Source of the DNA: Patescibacteria group bacterium
GTDB lineage: Bacteria; Patescibacteriota; Minisyncoccia; Phycocordibacterales; UBA9973
Direction of reading: 5' to 3'
Length of the DNA stretch: 64,000 nucleotides
NCBI GenBank assembly: GCA_028868715.1
Contig: JAGWUB010000001.1
Span: 247,206 to 311,205, forward strand
The position numbers and the translations under genes were made by a program. Below, piece by piece: positions 54,510 to 64,000 of this stretch. How positions within the stretch are numbered: position 1 is the first letter of the stretch; each line of letters starts with the position of its first letter. The notes below the pieces were generated by a model that saw only the letters and a program-made list of their open reading frames with translations, was not told the origin of the DNA and made no database searches.

Positions 54510-57500
54510 CTAAATTTCCTTGACTGCTTCTATTATAATGCTTTTTTCACCGTTACGGTTGGATATTTTTCCAGATAGAGCAACACACTTTTCAGAGACC
54601 AGTATATCAATTGTATCTTTAAAGATTGAAGGGAAGGCGACAGCTTCTATAGAATCGGTCAAATCTGAAATTTTTATAAAGGCCATTCGTTCATTGTTTT
54701 TGGTCACGACTTGTCTAGCATTTTCGATTATGCCAGCGATGGTTACAACCATGCCATTGCCAAATTCCTCTTTTATTTTTTTGATATTCACCTTTCTACT
54801 TTCCAGTTTGTCGCGCAGACGATCAAGCGGATGTCCAGAGATATAAAGTCCGAGTAGTTCTTTTTCCCAAAGCAGTTTTTCGGCCTGTGTTGCTTTTTCT
54901 CCTGGTTTGAGCCTAAAAGATGGTGGCTCAATACCTGTTTTCTTTTTTAAATCTCCAAAAAGAGAAATTTGATTTTCGTTTTGCTTAGAATTTTCATGAT
55001 TATATTCGAGCATCCCTTCCAAGTTTGCAAGCATTACTCCACGATCACCCCAATCATCCATACTTCCTGATTTTATCAAGGCTTCCATTGATTTTTTATT
55101 TAAATTTTTATGTTTAATTCTGTCCAAGAAGTCGGTGATTGATTTAAACTTACCATTTAATTTTCGTTCACTGACTATAGCATCTGAAATATCAGTACCT
55201 AAATTTTTTATAGTGTAAAACCCAAATCTAATTTTCTGACTTTTATTTTTCTCACTAATGATAGTATCAACTTTACTAGGTAAACAAGTGAAGCCTCCAT
55301 AGCTTTCATTGATATGTGGAGGCAAAACGGGGATGTTCATATTTTTACATTCTTCAATTATTTCAGATATTTTTTCTACATCGCCAGACTCAGCAGTAAG
55401 TATTGCCGCCATGTATTCAATCGGATAATTTGCTTTCATGTATGCTGTCTGGTAGGCAACCTTGCCATAAGATGCGGCATGAGCTTTATTAAATCCATAA
55501 GCTTGGAATGGTTCAAAAAGTTTCCAAAGTTTTTCGGCGAAAGCGGGTGTTTGACCGTTACTTATGATCCCTGCGGTAAATTTCTCTCTTTGCGCTGCCA
55601 TTTCTTTTGGAATTTTTTTACCGACGGCCTTACGAAATTTATCGGCTTCCTCCCAGTTATAACCCGCTAGCTCAATCGCACAAAAAAGAAGGTCGTCTTG
55701 ATAAACAATCAGCCCGTATGATTCGCCTAGGAATTTTTTCATCCTTGGGTCTAGATATTTTACTAAGTTTGGATTGTGTTTACGTTTAATATATTCTGGG
55801 ATTGATTCCATTGGTCCTGGGCGATAAAGCGCCACCATGGCATTGATATCATGAATTGAAGTAGGCTTTAATTCCTTTAAGTATCTTGTCATTCCACTAC
55901 CATTTAATTGAAACAAGCCCTCAGTCTGACCCTTTGCTAAAAGTGAAAACGTTTTTGGATCGTTTAATGGAATACGCTCTATATTTATATCTATGTTGTA
56001 GAATTTTTTAACTAAACTTATGGCGTCTGCCAAGATTGCCAAATTTCTGATTCCCAAGAAATCAAATTTTAAAAGCCCAGCATCTTCGATGCTGTACATA
56101 TCGTATTGAGTTATAATTTTTCCTCCCTTCGGATCAAACTGCGTTGGAGTGTAGTCAGAAATTTTTGAAGGGGATATGACAACCCCAGCCGCGTGGACTG
56201 AAATATGCCTGACACAACCCTCTAATTTTTTTGCCAAGTCTAATATTTCTTTGGTGTCTTTTTCTTTTTGATAAGCTTCCTTTAGCTCTGGTACTATATC
56301 CATGGCATAATCAATAGTCATCGGCATACCTTGCGAGCCTACAGGAATCATCTTAGAAATTCGGTCACCGATATTATACGGATGACCCAAGGCTCGAGAT
56401 ACATCACGCACGGCGCCACGCGCCATCATCGTACCAAAAGTTCCTATTTGCGCCACCTTATCCTCACCATATTTTCTTTTTGCATATTCAATCATTTCAT
56501 CCCTTCGGTTGTCGGCAAAGTCCATATCTATATCTGGTGGTGAAGGACGAAAAGGATTTAAAAATCTTTCAAAAGGTAGTTTGTATTCTATGGGGTCTAC
56601 ATTTGTAATTCCTATAAGGTAAGTAACCATAGAACCAGCAACGGAGCCTCTGATAGTGGTCAAAATGCCATTTTCTTTTGCGTGTCGTAGCAAGTCTCCG
56701 ACTACTAAAAAGTATGGTGAGTATCCTTTTTCAAAAATAATCTTCAGCTCATATTCTACCCGCTCTTTTATTTCTGCTGTTTCTTTTATATCTAGAGTTT
56801 TAAAACCAGCATAGGCAAGTTCACGTAACTTTTCGTCGTAAGTTTTACCTTTTTCAATTTCAAAATTAGGGAAAACCCATTTTCCTAATTCTAATTCTAA
56901 ATTGCACATATCTGCCACTTTGAGAGTGTTGGCTACAGCTTCCGGAATATCTTTAAAAAGTTCTGTGGCTACATCGCCACTGACAAAGGAATGGTCGTCC
57001 TCGCCAAAAGTAAATCTGTTTTCGTCTTTAATATCAGAATTTGTTTGAATTAAGAGCAGAGTTTCATGCGCCTTGTTGTCATCGGTGCACGGATAGTGCG
57101 AGTCCATAGTGGCGACCAACGGGACATTTAATTTTTTAGCGAGTTTGATTGTACCAGAGCGTACCGCTTCTCCATCAGGGAGTGTGCCATGTTTTTGCAC
57201 CTCCAGAAAATAATTTTCCTTACCAAAAATTTCTTGATATTCTTTGATTACTAATTCTCCTTTTTCTTCGTCATGGTTTGCCAGTGCCCGACCAAGTTCT
57301 CCACCCATACATCCGGACAAGGCAATCAGACCATCAGAATATTTTCGTAATATTTCTTTATCCATCCTAGGTTTGTAGTAGAAACCTTCCAGATTTGAAA
57401 GAGTAACTAATTTTATTAAATTTTTATAACCCTGAATATTTTTTGCGAGCAAGGTTAAATGGTATCTTTTATTATCAACCCCAGGATCTTTATCTAGCCT

Positions 57501-57734
57501 ACTACGATTGGCCACATATGCTTCTACTCCAATGATTGGCTTGATGCCCGCTTTTTTTGCCAGTTTATAAAATTCAATTGCACCATACATGTTGCCATGA
57601 TCAGTGATAGCTAAAGCCGGCATGTTGAATTCTTTTGCAAGTTTGATTAAGTCCTCAAGCTTAGAAAGCCCATCCAAGAGGGAATAATGGCTGTGGGTGT
57701 GTAGATGTATGAAACTCGCTTTATCTTTAGGCAT
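54510..57734 (-). CDS. dnaE: DNA polymerase III alpha subunit
   Basis: PHP domain [13 protein letters not shown], the polymerase core and a C-terminal OB fold. I chose the internal ATG at 57734 rather than the ORF-track start at 57821. Confidence 0.9.
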   Translation of the reverse strand: MPKDKASFIHLHTHSHYSLLDGLSKLEDLIKLAKEFNMPALAITDHGNMYGAIEFYKLAKKAGIKPIIGVEAYVANRSRLDKDPGVDNKRYHLTLLAKNIQGYKNLIKLVTLSNLEGFYYKPRMDKEILRKYSDGLIALSGCMGGELGRALANHDEEKGELVIKEYQEIFGKENYFLEVQKHGTLPDGEAVRSGTIKLAKKLNVPLVATMDSHYPCTDDNKAHETLLLIQTNSDIKDENRFTFGEDDHSFVSGDVATELFKDIPEAVANTLKVADMCNLELELGKWVFPNFEIEKGKTYDEKLRELAYAGFKTLDIKETAEIKERVEYELKIIFEKGYSPYFLVVGDLLRHAKENGILTTIRGSVAGSMVTYLIGITNVDPIEYKLPFERFLNPFRPSPPDIDMDFADNRRDEMIEYAKRKYGEDKVAQIGTFGTMMARGAVRDVSRALGHPYNIGDRISKMIPVGSQGMPMTIDYAMDIVPELKEAYQKEKDTKEILDLAKKLEGCVRHISVHAAGVVISPSKISDYTPTQFDPKGGKIITQYDMYSIEDAGLLKFDFLGIRNLAILADAISLVKKFYNIDINIERIPLNDPKTFSLLAKGQTEGLFQLNGSGMTRYLKELKPTSIHDINAMVALYRPGPMESIPEYIKRKHNPNLVKYLDPRMKKFLGESYGLIVYQDDLLFCAIELAGYNWEEADKFRKAVGKKIPKEMAAQREKFTAGIISNGQTPAFAEKLWKLFEPFQAYGFNKAHAASYGKVAYQTAYMKANYPIEYMAAILTAESGDVEKISEIIEECKNMNIPVLPPHINESYGGFTCLPSKVDTIISEKNKSQKIRFGFYTIKNLGTDISDAIVSERKLNGKFKSITDFLDRIKHKNLNKKSMEALIKSGSMDDWGDRGVMLANLEGMLEYNHENSKQNENQISLFGDLKKKTGIEPPSFRLKPGEKATQAEKLLWEKELLGLYISGHPLDRLRDKLESRKVNIKKIKEEFGNGMVVTIAGIIENARQVVTKNNERMAFIKISDLTDSIEAVAFPSIFKDTIDILVSEKCVALSGKISNRNGEKSIIIEAVKEI

Positions 57735-57760
57735 TTTCACTATAATAGCACATTTTTTCT

Positions 57761-57789
57761 TTGTTGTTTTTATTCGTTTTTGGTATAAT
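57761..57789 (+). promoter_or_regulatory. promoter for gap: -35 TTGTTG, 17-nt spacer, extended -10 TGGTATAAT. The ATG lies 6 nt after the -10, implying a leaderless transcript.
   Basis: Sequence geometry only. Confidence 0.5.
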
Positions 57790-57795
57790 TGTAAG

Positions 57796-58821
57796 ATGAA
57801 AAAAACAAGAGTTGGGATCAATGGTTTTGGCAGAATCGGTAGAGCATTTTTAAAGATAGCTTGGGAAAGGCCTGAAATTGAAATCGTAGCCGTAAATGAT
57901 TTGGGTGATGTGGTAAATATGGCTTACTTGCTTAAACACGATACTGTTTACCGAGAATGGAAACACGATATTAAAGTTGATGGACAAAATTTAATAATTG
58001 ATGGCAGGGCCGTAAAAGTTTTAGCTGAAAAAGATCCAGCTAAGCTTCCATGGAAAGATTTAAATATTGACGTTGTGGTGGAATCCACCGGACTCTTTGT
58101 AACCTATGAAAAATCCAAGGCACACTTAGACGCTGGTGCCAAAAAAGTTGTCATATCTGCTCCCGCTAAAGAAGGAGACGGAAGTGTAATGGGAGAAACT
58201 ATTTTACTGGGAGTGAATGAAGAAAAATTTGGCACTTGCGACATTACTTCAAACGCATCTTGTACCACGAACGCTGCTTCTCCACTCATTGCGATACTGG
58301 ATGAAGCGCTAGGTATTGAAAAAGCACTTTTAAATACGGTGCATGGCTATACCGCTAGTCAGTCGATCGTTGATGGACCAAACAAAAAAGATTTTCGGGA
58401 AGGTCGGGCGGCAGCACAAAATATTGTGCCAAGCTCTACCGGTGCGGCCATAGCAGTGACAAAAGCTTTTACAAAACTTTCCGGAATGTTTGATGGTATT
58501 TCCATGCGTGTACCAGTACCAGCCGGATCAATTGTAGACATTACTTTTATTTCTAAGAAAAACACTACCGCTGAAGAGGTGAACGCGATTTTAAAGAAAG
58601 CTGCTCAAGAACCTCGTTGGAAGGGAATTTTCACTGTCACCGAAGAAGAGCTTGTCTCTAGTGATATTTTGGGAAATCCACATGGTTCCATTGCTGACCT
58701 AGGATTTACTCGGGTAGTGGATGGAAACTTGGTAAAAGTTATGGGTTGGTATGACAATGAAATGGGGTATACATATACCCTAGTTGATCACGTTATAAAA
58801 ACAAGTAATACTATAAAATAA
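57796..58821 (+). CDS. gap: glyceraldehyde-3-phosphate dehydrogenase
   Basis: [11 protein letters not shown] and SNASCTTNA (catalytic Cys). Confidence 0.92.
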   Translation: MKKTRVGINGFGRIGRAFLKIAWERPEIEIVAVNDLGDVVNMAYLLKHDTVYREWKHDIKVDGQNLIIDGRAVKVLAEKDPAKLPWKDLNIDVVVESTGLFVTYEKSKAHLDAGAKKVVISAPAKEGDGSVMGETILLGVNEEKFGTCDITSNASCTTNAASPLIAILDEALGIEKALLNTVHGYTASQSIVDGPNKKDFREGRAAAQNIVPSSTGAAIAVTKAFTKLSGMFDGISMRVPVPAGSIVDITFISKKNTTAEEVNAILKKAAQEPRWKGIFTVTEEELVSSDILGNPHGSIADLGFTRVVDGNLVKVMGWYDNEMGYTYTLVDHVIKTSNTIK

Positions 58822-58822
58822 T

Positions 58823-59299
58823 ATGAAAATTTATATTGGTACAGATCATGCAGGGTATGTATTAAAAGAAAAAATTTTGACTTCCTTGAGAGCTCAAGGT
58901 TATGAGGTTATAGATAAAGGTGCCTTTGAATACAACGAAGGAGATGATTACCCAGATTTTGTGGTGCCAGTGGCAAAAGAAGTTTCTATCGATCCGGACA
59001 ATGTTAAGGGAATTATCTTGGGCGCTACCGGTGAAGGTGAAGCTATCACGGCTAACAGGTTTCCTCACGTTCGGGCGGTGGCCTATTATGGAGAATCAAA
59101 ATGTGTGGTGGATGATCACGCTGATATTATCATACGTTCCAGAGAGCACAACAATACAAATGTTTTATCACTAGGAGCTAGATACCTCACTGAAGAAAAT
59201 GTGATGGATGTAGTAAATCTTTGGCTCAATACTCCTTTTAGTAATGGTGAAAGACATATACGTCGTTTAGGTAAGATAGATCAAATTGTTTTGAAATAA
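58823..59299 (+). CDS. rpiB: ribose-5-phosphate isomerase B (RpiB/LacAB family)
   Basis: MKIYIGTDHAGYVLKEKI...GILGATGEGEAITANR. Confidence 0.8.
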   Translation: MKIYIGTDHAGYVLKEKILTSLRAQGYEVIDKGAFEYNEGDDYPDFVVPVAKEVSIDPDNVKGIILGATGEGEAITANRFPHVRAVAYYGESKCVVDDHADIIIRSREHNNTNVLSLGARYLTEENVMDVVNLWLNTPFSNGERHIRRLGKIDQIVLK

Positions 59300-59304
59300 A
59301 ATTC

Positions 59305-59997
59305 ATGGCTGAAATAATTCCGGCAATATTGTCAAAAAATTATGAAGATTTAAAAAATAAAATCTCACTAGTAAGAGGTATCGTTCCGATTGTGCAAATA
59401 GATATCTGCGACGGAATTTTTGTAAAAGCAACTACTTGGCCTTTTGAAACCAAATCACTAGACGAACATTTTACTAGAATTCAAAACGAACAAGAAGGGT
59501 TACCTTTTTGGGAAGATATTGATTTTGAGCTTGATTTGATGGTTCATGACGCAGTTTCCAATTTTGATGTTTACACCAAGCTTGGCCCAAGAAGAATAAT
59601 TTTTCATATCGAGGCTGTTGGCAATTTAGAAGAATTCAAACATTTTCTAGAAGGAATAGAGACTTACACTAGGGACATAATAGAAATCGGCGTGGCCATT
59701 AATCCCAGCACAGACATTGCACAAATTTTTCCACTAGTGAATTGTATTGATTTTGTGCAATGTATGGGCATTGAACATATCGGTTTACAAGGTGAAGGTT
59801 TCAGTGAGCAATGCTTGGAACAAATAAAAAAACTAAAAGAGAAATCTTCAGACCTAGTAGTTTCAGTTGACGGGGGAGTAAATTCAGCCTCGGCGCCAAA
59901 AATAATTGATGCTGGAGCTGATCGTCTGGTAATTGGCTCAGCAATTTTCAATACAGATGATATACTAGAAACAGTGGAGCAATTCAAGAATCTATAA
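59305..59997 (+). CDS. rpe: ribulose-phosphate 3-epimerase family protein
   Basis: IIPAILS, VQIDICDGIFV, MGIEHIGLQGEGF and VDGGVN. Confidence 0.65.
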   Translation: MAEIIPAILSKNYEDLKNKISLVRGIVPIVQIDICDGIFVKATTWPFETKSLDEHFTRIQNEQEGLPFWEDIDFELDLMVHDAVSNFDVYTKLGPRRIIFHIEAVGNLEEFKHFLEGIETYTRDIIEIGVAINPSTDIAQIFPLVNCIDFVQCMGIEHIGLQGEGFSEQCLEQIKKLKEKSSDLVVSVDGGVNSASAPKIIDAGADRLVIGSAIFNTDDILETVEQFKNL

Positions 59998-60002
59998 TTT
60001 TT

Positions 60003-60869
60003 ATGGCGTTTTTATCTGACAAAAAAATAAAAGAGTTGGAAATTACAGCGAACGATATTCGTAAGAGTATTATTGAAATGTTAGTGGAAGCGGGCAGTGG
60101 GCATACCGCTGGCCCACTTGGCATGGCAGATATTTTTACACTTTTTTATTTTCATATTTTAAAACATGATCCCAAGAATCCATTCTGGGAAGAACGCGAT
60201 AGGTTGGTGCTTAGCAACGGGCACATTTGTCCGGTATTTTACGCGACAATGGCCTACGCCGGATATTTTCCAAAGGAAGAATTAAAAACTTTACGTAAAT
60301 TAGGCACTCGACTCCAAGGTCACCCCCACAGAGAATATATGCCTTGGCTAGAAAATAGTTCTGGACCTCTCGGCGCTGGACTTTCACAGGCTGTCGGCAT
60401 GGCACTCGCTGATAAAATAGACAAAAAAGACAAAGACAGATTTATTTATTGTTTTATGTCTGATGGCGAGCTAGATGAAGGAAATTCTTGGGAGGCCATT
60501 ATGCTTGCTGGGAAAAATAAAGTGCGAAATTTAATCGCAGTTGTTGACCGAAACAACATTCAGATTGATGGTTTTACTGAAGATATAATACCACTTGAAC
60601 CACTGGCTGATAAATGGCGAGCTTTCAATTGGCACGTGATAGAAGTTTCGGGTCATGATTTTATGGCCTTAAACGAAGCAGTAGTAGAAGCACAAGCGGT
60701 GTATGAAAAGCCGACGGTTATTATCGCCCACACTATTCCTGGTAAAGGCGTGCACGAATTTGAGAGAGACTTTAGATGGCATGGTAAACCACCAAACAAA
60801 GAAGAAGCTAAAATGGCTTTGAATGAATTGCGGACTCTTGGCGGTAAGATAAAAAGCGAACATCAATAA
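60003..60869 (+). CDS. tkt: transketolase, N-terminal (TPP-binding) subunit
   Basis: GSGHTAGPLGMADI and GHxxP-like region. Split-gene form. Confidence 0.85.
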   Translation: MAFLSDKKIKELEITANDIRKSIIEMLVEAGSGHTAGPLGMADIFTLFYFHILKHDPKNPFWEERDRLVLSNGHICPVFYATMAYAGYFPKEELKTLRKLGTRLQGHPHREYMPWLENSSGPLGAGLSQAVGMALADKIDKKDKDRFIYCFMSDGELDEGNSWEAIMLAGKNKVRNLIAVVDRNNIQIDGFTEDIIPLEPLADKWRAFNWHVIEVSGHDFMALNEAVVEAQAVYEKPTVIIAHTIPGKGVHEFERDFRWHGKPPNKEEAKMALNELRTLGGKIKSEHQ

Positions 60870-60875
60870 AAATAT

Positions 60876-61886
60876 ATGTTAAATCCAGATTTAAAATTAA
60901 ATCCAAAAATTTTCAATGACGATGTCGCGCAAGCACCGATCCGAAAAGGCTTCGGGGAGGGGTTAGTTTTAGCTGGGGATCAGGATAAAAATGTAGTGGC
61001 CCTTTGCGCCGATTTGACCGAGTCCACCCAAATGATTTTTTTTAAAGAAAAGTTTCCAGAGAGATTTGTGGAAATTGGTGTGGCTGAACAAAATCTCGTT
61101 ACGGTTGCTTCTGGGATGGCAGCAATGGGCAAAATTCCTTTTTGTTCTTCTTATGCGATGTTTTCTCCGGGGAGAAATTGGGAACAAATCAGGACAACCA
61201 TAGCTTACAACGACCGACCGGTAAAAATAATTGGTTCACATGCGGGTATTTCTGTCGGACCGGATGGTGGCACACATCAAGCCCTGGAAGACATTGCTCT
61301 CATGCGCGTGGTACCAAACATGGAAGTCATTTCTCCTTGTGATTCAATTGAAGCCAAAAAAGCAACTCAAGCAATTACCAAAACTGGCAAACCAGCATAT
61401 TTACGACTAGCTAGAGAGAAAACTCCCATAGTCACCACAGAAGAAACTCCATTTACGCTTGGCAAGGCCGAAGTTTATTGGATGCCAGATGTGGGCATTC
61501 CTCAGGTAGGAATAATAGTAACTGGTGGGTTGATGCATCGGGCCCTACTCGCTGCTAAAGAATTACAAGACCAAGAGGAGCCACAGCGAATTAAAACAAA
61601 AGTAATGAATCTTTCATGCATCAAGCCGATAGATGTGAAAGCTATTGTGGCTTTAGCAAAAGAATGTAAAGCAATCGTAACTGTGGAGGAGCATCAAGTT
61701 GCTGGTGGAATGGGATCGGTAGTAGCAGAGGTACTCTCGCAAAATTTTCCGGTGCCGATGGAATTTGTCGGCGTGCAAGATAAGTTTGGGCAAAGCGGTA
61801 CACCAGACGAACTCATAGAACATTATGGTATGGGAAAAAATTCTATCAAAGAAGCGGTGAGGAAAGTGCTAAAACGAAAAATCTAG
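60876..61886 (+). CDS. tkt: transketolase, C-terminal (pyrimidine-binding) subunit
   Basis: FVEIGVAEQNLVTVASGMAAMG...SHAGISVGPDGGTHQALEDIALMR. Confidence 0.85.
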   Translation: MLNPDLKLNPKIFNDDVAQAPIRKGFGEGLVLAGDQDKNVVALCADLTESTQMIFFKEKFPERFVEIGVAEQNLVTVASGMAAMGKIPFCSSYAMFSPGRNWEQIRTTIAYNDRPVKIIGSHAGISVGPDGGTHQALEDIALMRVVPNMEVISPCDSIEAKKATQAITKTGKPAYLRLAREKTPIVTTEETPFTLGKAEVYWMPDVGIPQVGIIVTGGLMHRALLAAKELQDQEEPQRIKTKVMNLSCIKPIDVKAIVALAKECKAIVTVEEHQVAGGMGSVVAEVLSQNFPVPMEFVGVQDKFGQSGTPDELIEHYGMGKNSIKEAVRKVLKRKI

Positions 61887-61985
61887 GAAAGAGTTTTTAT
61901 AAAGCAATCTATCTGGCGTTGCTACGCCAGCGAACCTGCTCGGGCCGACGCCCTTGCGCAAGACTTTCTAAAAACTCTTTCCTAG
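61884..61985. mobile_element. 102-nt GC-rich MITE-like palindromic element between convergent tkt and pfkB. It has perfect 17-bp terminal inverted repeats.
   Basis: CTAGGAAAGAGTTTTTA ... TAAAAACTCTTTCCTAG. Internal hairpins are CTGGCG-TTGCTA-CGCCAG and GGGC-CGAC-GCCC. The two CTAG ends supply the TAG stop codons of both flanking genes. Confidence 0.65.
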
Positions 61986-62983
61986 ATCCTATTGGCCTTG
62001 TAGTTTGCAGGTGCGTTTTTTAGATATTCCTCTAGCTTTTCTCTGGATAAAAGTCCTGCTTGAGCACCGACTTTTTGCACTACAGACATAGAATTTACTG
62101 GCCCCCAAGCAAATGCTTCTAGAGGAGATTTTCCCAGAGCGAGTCCTGCTGTAATAGTGGAAGAAAAAGCATCTCCGGCACCAGTGCGCTCTAGTGGTGG
62201 AGCGATGTCAGGATATATTGGGATTTTCCATAGCTCATCATTTAAATATAAATATGCTCCGTTTGGCCCATCGCTAATACAAACTATTTTTGGTCCGAGA
62301 GCCATTAAGCCTTTTGATAAAGTAAGCACGTCTTTGCCTTCAATTCCCAAGATTTTTTCGGCTTCTTCCAGATTGCAGAAAAATATTTCTGTTCGTGCAT
62401 ATATTTCTTTTAATTTTTCTGCACCAAATTTTATTTGAAATGTTCCCGGCTGGAAAGCTAGCTTGGTTTCTGGGTGATTCTTTAAAAATTCTATTATAGC
62501 CAAATGATAGGGCAGGGAATGCTCTGCCAAAGAACTCAAGTAAATCCAGGATATTTTAGGTAATTTTGGAAGTTTGTATTCAAATTCCGTGTGTTTGATT
62601 AAAATTGTTCGATCAATATCGTACCACAAAACATAGTGGTAATTTGTAATTTTGTCTTTTTCAATTGCTATGTATTCTGTCGTTACTTTTTCATTTTTTA
62701 ATGACTCTAAGCAATCATTGCCATGTTTATCATTTCCAATACTGGCCACGAGTCCGACGTTTAGTCCTAGGCGTGAAGCTGAGACTGCCGCATTTGGGCT
62801 ATTGCCAACTGCTGGTACCACGGTTACAGATTCATAGGGAACTTTATCTCCAAAACGAAAACAAAGTTCACACGCATCTGTATCTATTCGGCAATGTACG
62901 TGGGCATCGTTTAATTTTATAAATGCATCTATGACAATGTCTCCAATTGCCAAAAGATCTATTTCACCCTCTTTTTCGTTCAT
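61982..62983 (-). CDS. PfkB-family carbohydrate kinase (ribokinase-like)
   Basis: C-terminal TGAGDAF motif. An N-terminal GG pattern. Confidence 0.75.
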   Translation of the reverse strand: MNEKEGEIDLLAIGDIVIDAFIKLNDAHVHCRIDTDACELCFRFGDKVPYESVTVVPAVGNSPNAAVSASRLGLNVGLVASIGNDKHGNDCLESLKNEKVTTEYIAIEKDKITNYHYVLWYDIDRTILIKHTEFEYKLPKLPKISWIYLSSLAEHSLPYHLAIIEFLKNHPETKLAFQPGTFQIKFGAEKLKEIYARTEIFFCNLEEAEKILGIEGKDVLTLSKGLMALGPKIVCISDGPNGAYLYLNDELWKIPIYPDIAPPLERTGAGDAFSSTITAGLALGKSPLEAFAWGPVNSMSVVQKVGAQAGLLSREKLEEYLKNAPANYKANRI

Positions 62984-63069
62984 GATATCATTGTACCTCG
63001 CAGTGAAACTTTTGTAAAATTCTATTATATGGTGTAATATAAAAAAATATAAGAAATAATAATAAAAAT

Positions 63070-63867
63070 ATGTCTAAAAAAGTAGTTTTATTTTTAGCGT
63101 TTATTATTCTATTAGCTCCGCGTTGTTTTATTTATGCTAACCTTGAAATAAATGAAGTTATGTACGATCTGCCAAGTGGCAGTGATGACGGTAGGGAGTG
63201 GATTGAAGTTTACAATAATTCCGACAGCGTCGTCGATCTCTCCACTTTTAAATTTTCTGAAGGTACCACTAGCGACAAAATTACAAATCACAAACTCATT
63301 CTCTCGCAAGGTGATGCAAATTTAATTGCGCATAATTACGCACTAATTGTTTCCAATCCAACAAAATTTAAAATTGATTATCCAAATTTTTCCGGAATTA
63401 TTTTTGATTCATCTTTTTCTCTAAATAACACTGGAGAAATTTTAATAATCAAAGACAAAAATTTAAATATCGTCGATCAATATATTTACAATTCTAAAAT
63501 GGGTGCCGCGGGCGACGATAACTCTCTGCAAAAAATTAATGGAGTGTGGCTAGCAACGAAACCGACACCAGGGATGGAAAATAAAATTTTTGTTGCGACT
63601 TCTGCAAAAATATCCGACGCAAATGACACAAAAAATATTCCCAAAGGCACTAAAAATAGAATTTTAGATCCTGCGGAGGTATTGACTCCTACACAAAATT
63701 TATTTGGTAATGTTGTTTCAAGTAATCTCCCAGAAAACAACAATTTTTACATTTTTTTAGCTATTCTTATGGTTATTATTGGCGCTGGTAGTGGAGCAGT
63801 CTATTTTGTCAGGAAAAATAAGGCTATTTCCAAAGAAGGGGATGATTTTGATATCCTTGACGAATAG
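63070..63867 (+). CDS. lamin-tail-domain (LTD) protein with an N-terminal signal and a C-terminal TM anchor
   Basis: EINEVMYDLPSGSDDGREWIEVYN...FSLNNTGEILIIKDKNLNIVDQYIY matches the LTD pattern. Confidence 0.6.
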   Translation: MSKKVVLFLAFIILLAPRCFIYANLEINEVMYDLPSGSDDGREWIEVYNNSDSVVDLSTFKFSEGTTSDKITNHKLILSQGDANLIAHNYALIVSNPTKFKIDYPNFSGIIFDSSFSLNNTGEILIIKDKNLNIVDQYIYNSKMGAAGDDNSLQKINGVWLATKPTPGMENKIFVATSAKISDANDTKNIPKGTKNRILDPAEVLTPTQNLFGNVVSSNLPENNNFYIFLAILMVIIGAGSGAVYFVRKNKAISKEGDDFDILDE

Positions 63868-64000
63868 AATTTATATAATAAAAATCCCTCACTATTAAAG
63901 ACTTAACGGGCGATTTTTAATTTGAATTTTTTCTGTGGATAACTGTTAGATATGCTGTATATATCATACTATAATATATAACGTATACGAACATATCGCC

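Overview
This window is a low-GC, gene-dense bacterial chromosome segment whose gene content looks like a reduced-genome Patescibacteria/CPR-type organism. Signs include a short ProRS, a split transketolase, many lysine-rich N-terminal tails, weak or absent Shine-Dalgarno sites and a lamin-tail-domain protein. I recognise core informational genes: rpoB (3' part), rpoC, dnaG, rpoD, rpsB, tsf, proS, mreB, mreC, tgt, RNase P RNA, mltG, tRNA-Thr, tRNA-Ala, tRNA-Asn, asnB, rpmH-like, mgtA, hpf, fmt, def, hisS, lepB, pth, dnaE, gap, rpiB, rpe, and tkt as two subunits. I also see several accessory regions. The most unusual items are listed below. (1) A minus-strand cassette at 33.8-38.4 kb runs ECF sigma -> anti-sigma -> exported FMN-binding protein -> ApbE flavin transferase -> polytopic membrane protein with a cytoplasmic FNR-like FAD/NAD domain. 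The ApbE gene is broken by a +1 frameshift at an A8/T8 homopolymer. (2) A family of GC-rich palindromic MITE/RPE-like elements is inserted IN FRAME into tgt, def and fmt. A further copy between tkt and pfkB has terminal inverted repeats that supply the stop codons of both convergent genes. (3) A six-gene sugar cluster encodes three GH130 domains. (4) A disulfide/glycosyltransferase cluster combines DsbA, a Cys-rich DUF378 protein, a GT2 synthase and a membrane thioredoxin-like protein. (5) A higher-GC islet of strong-SD ORFs lies downstream of tRNA-Ala and tRNA-Asn. No CRISPR array, integrase or transposase gene was seen. All calls come from reading the sequence and the supplied ORF translations. 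No database search was run.
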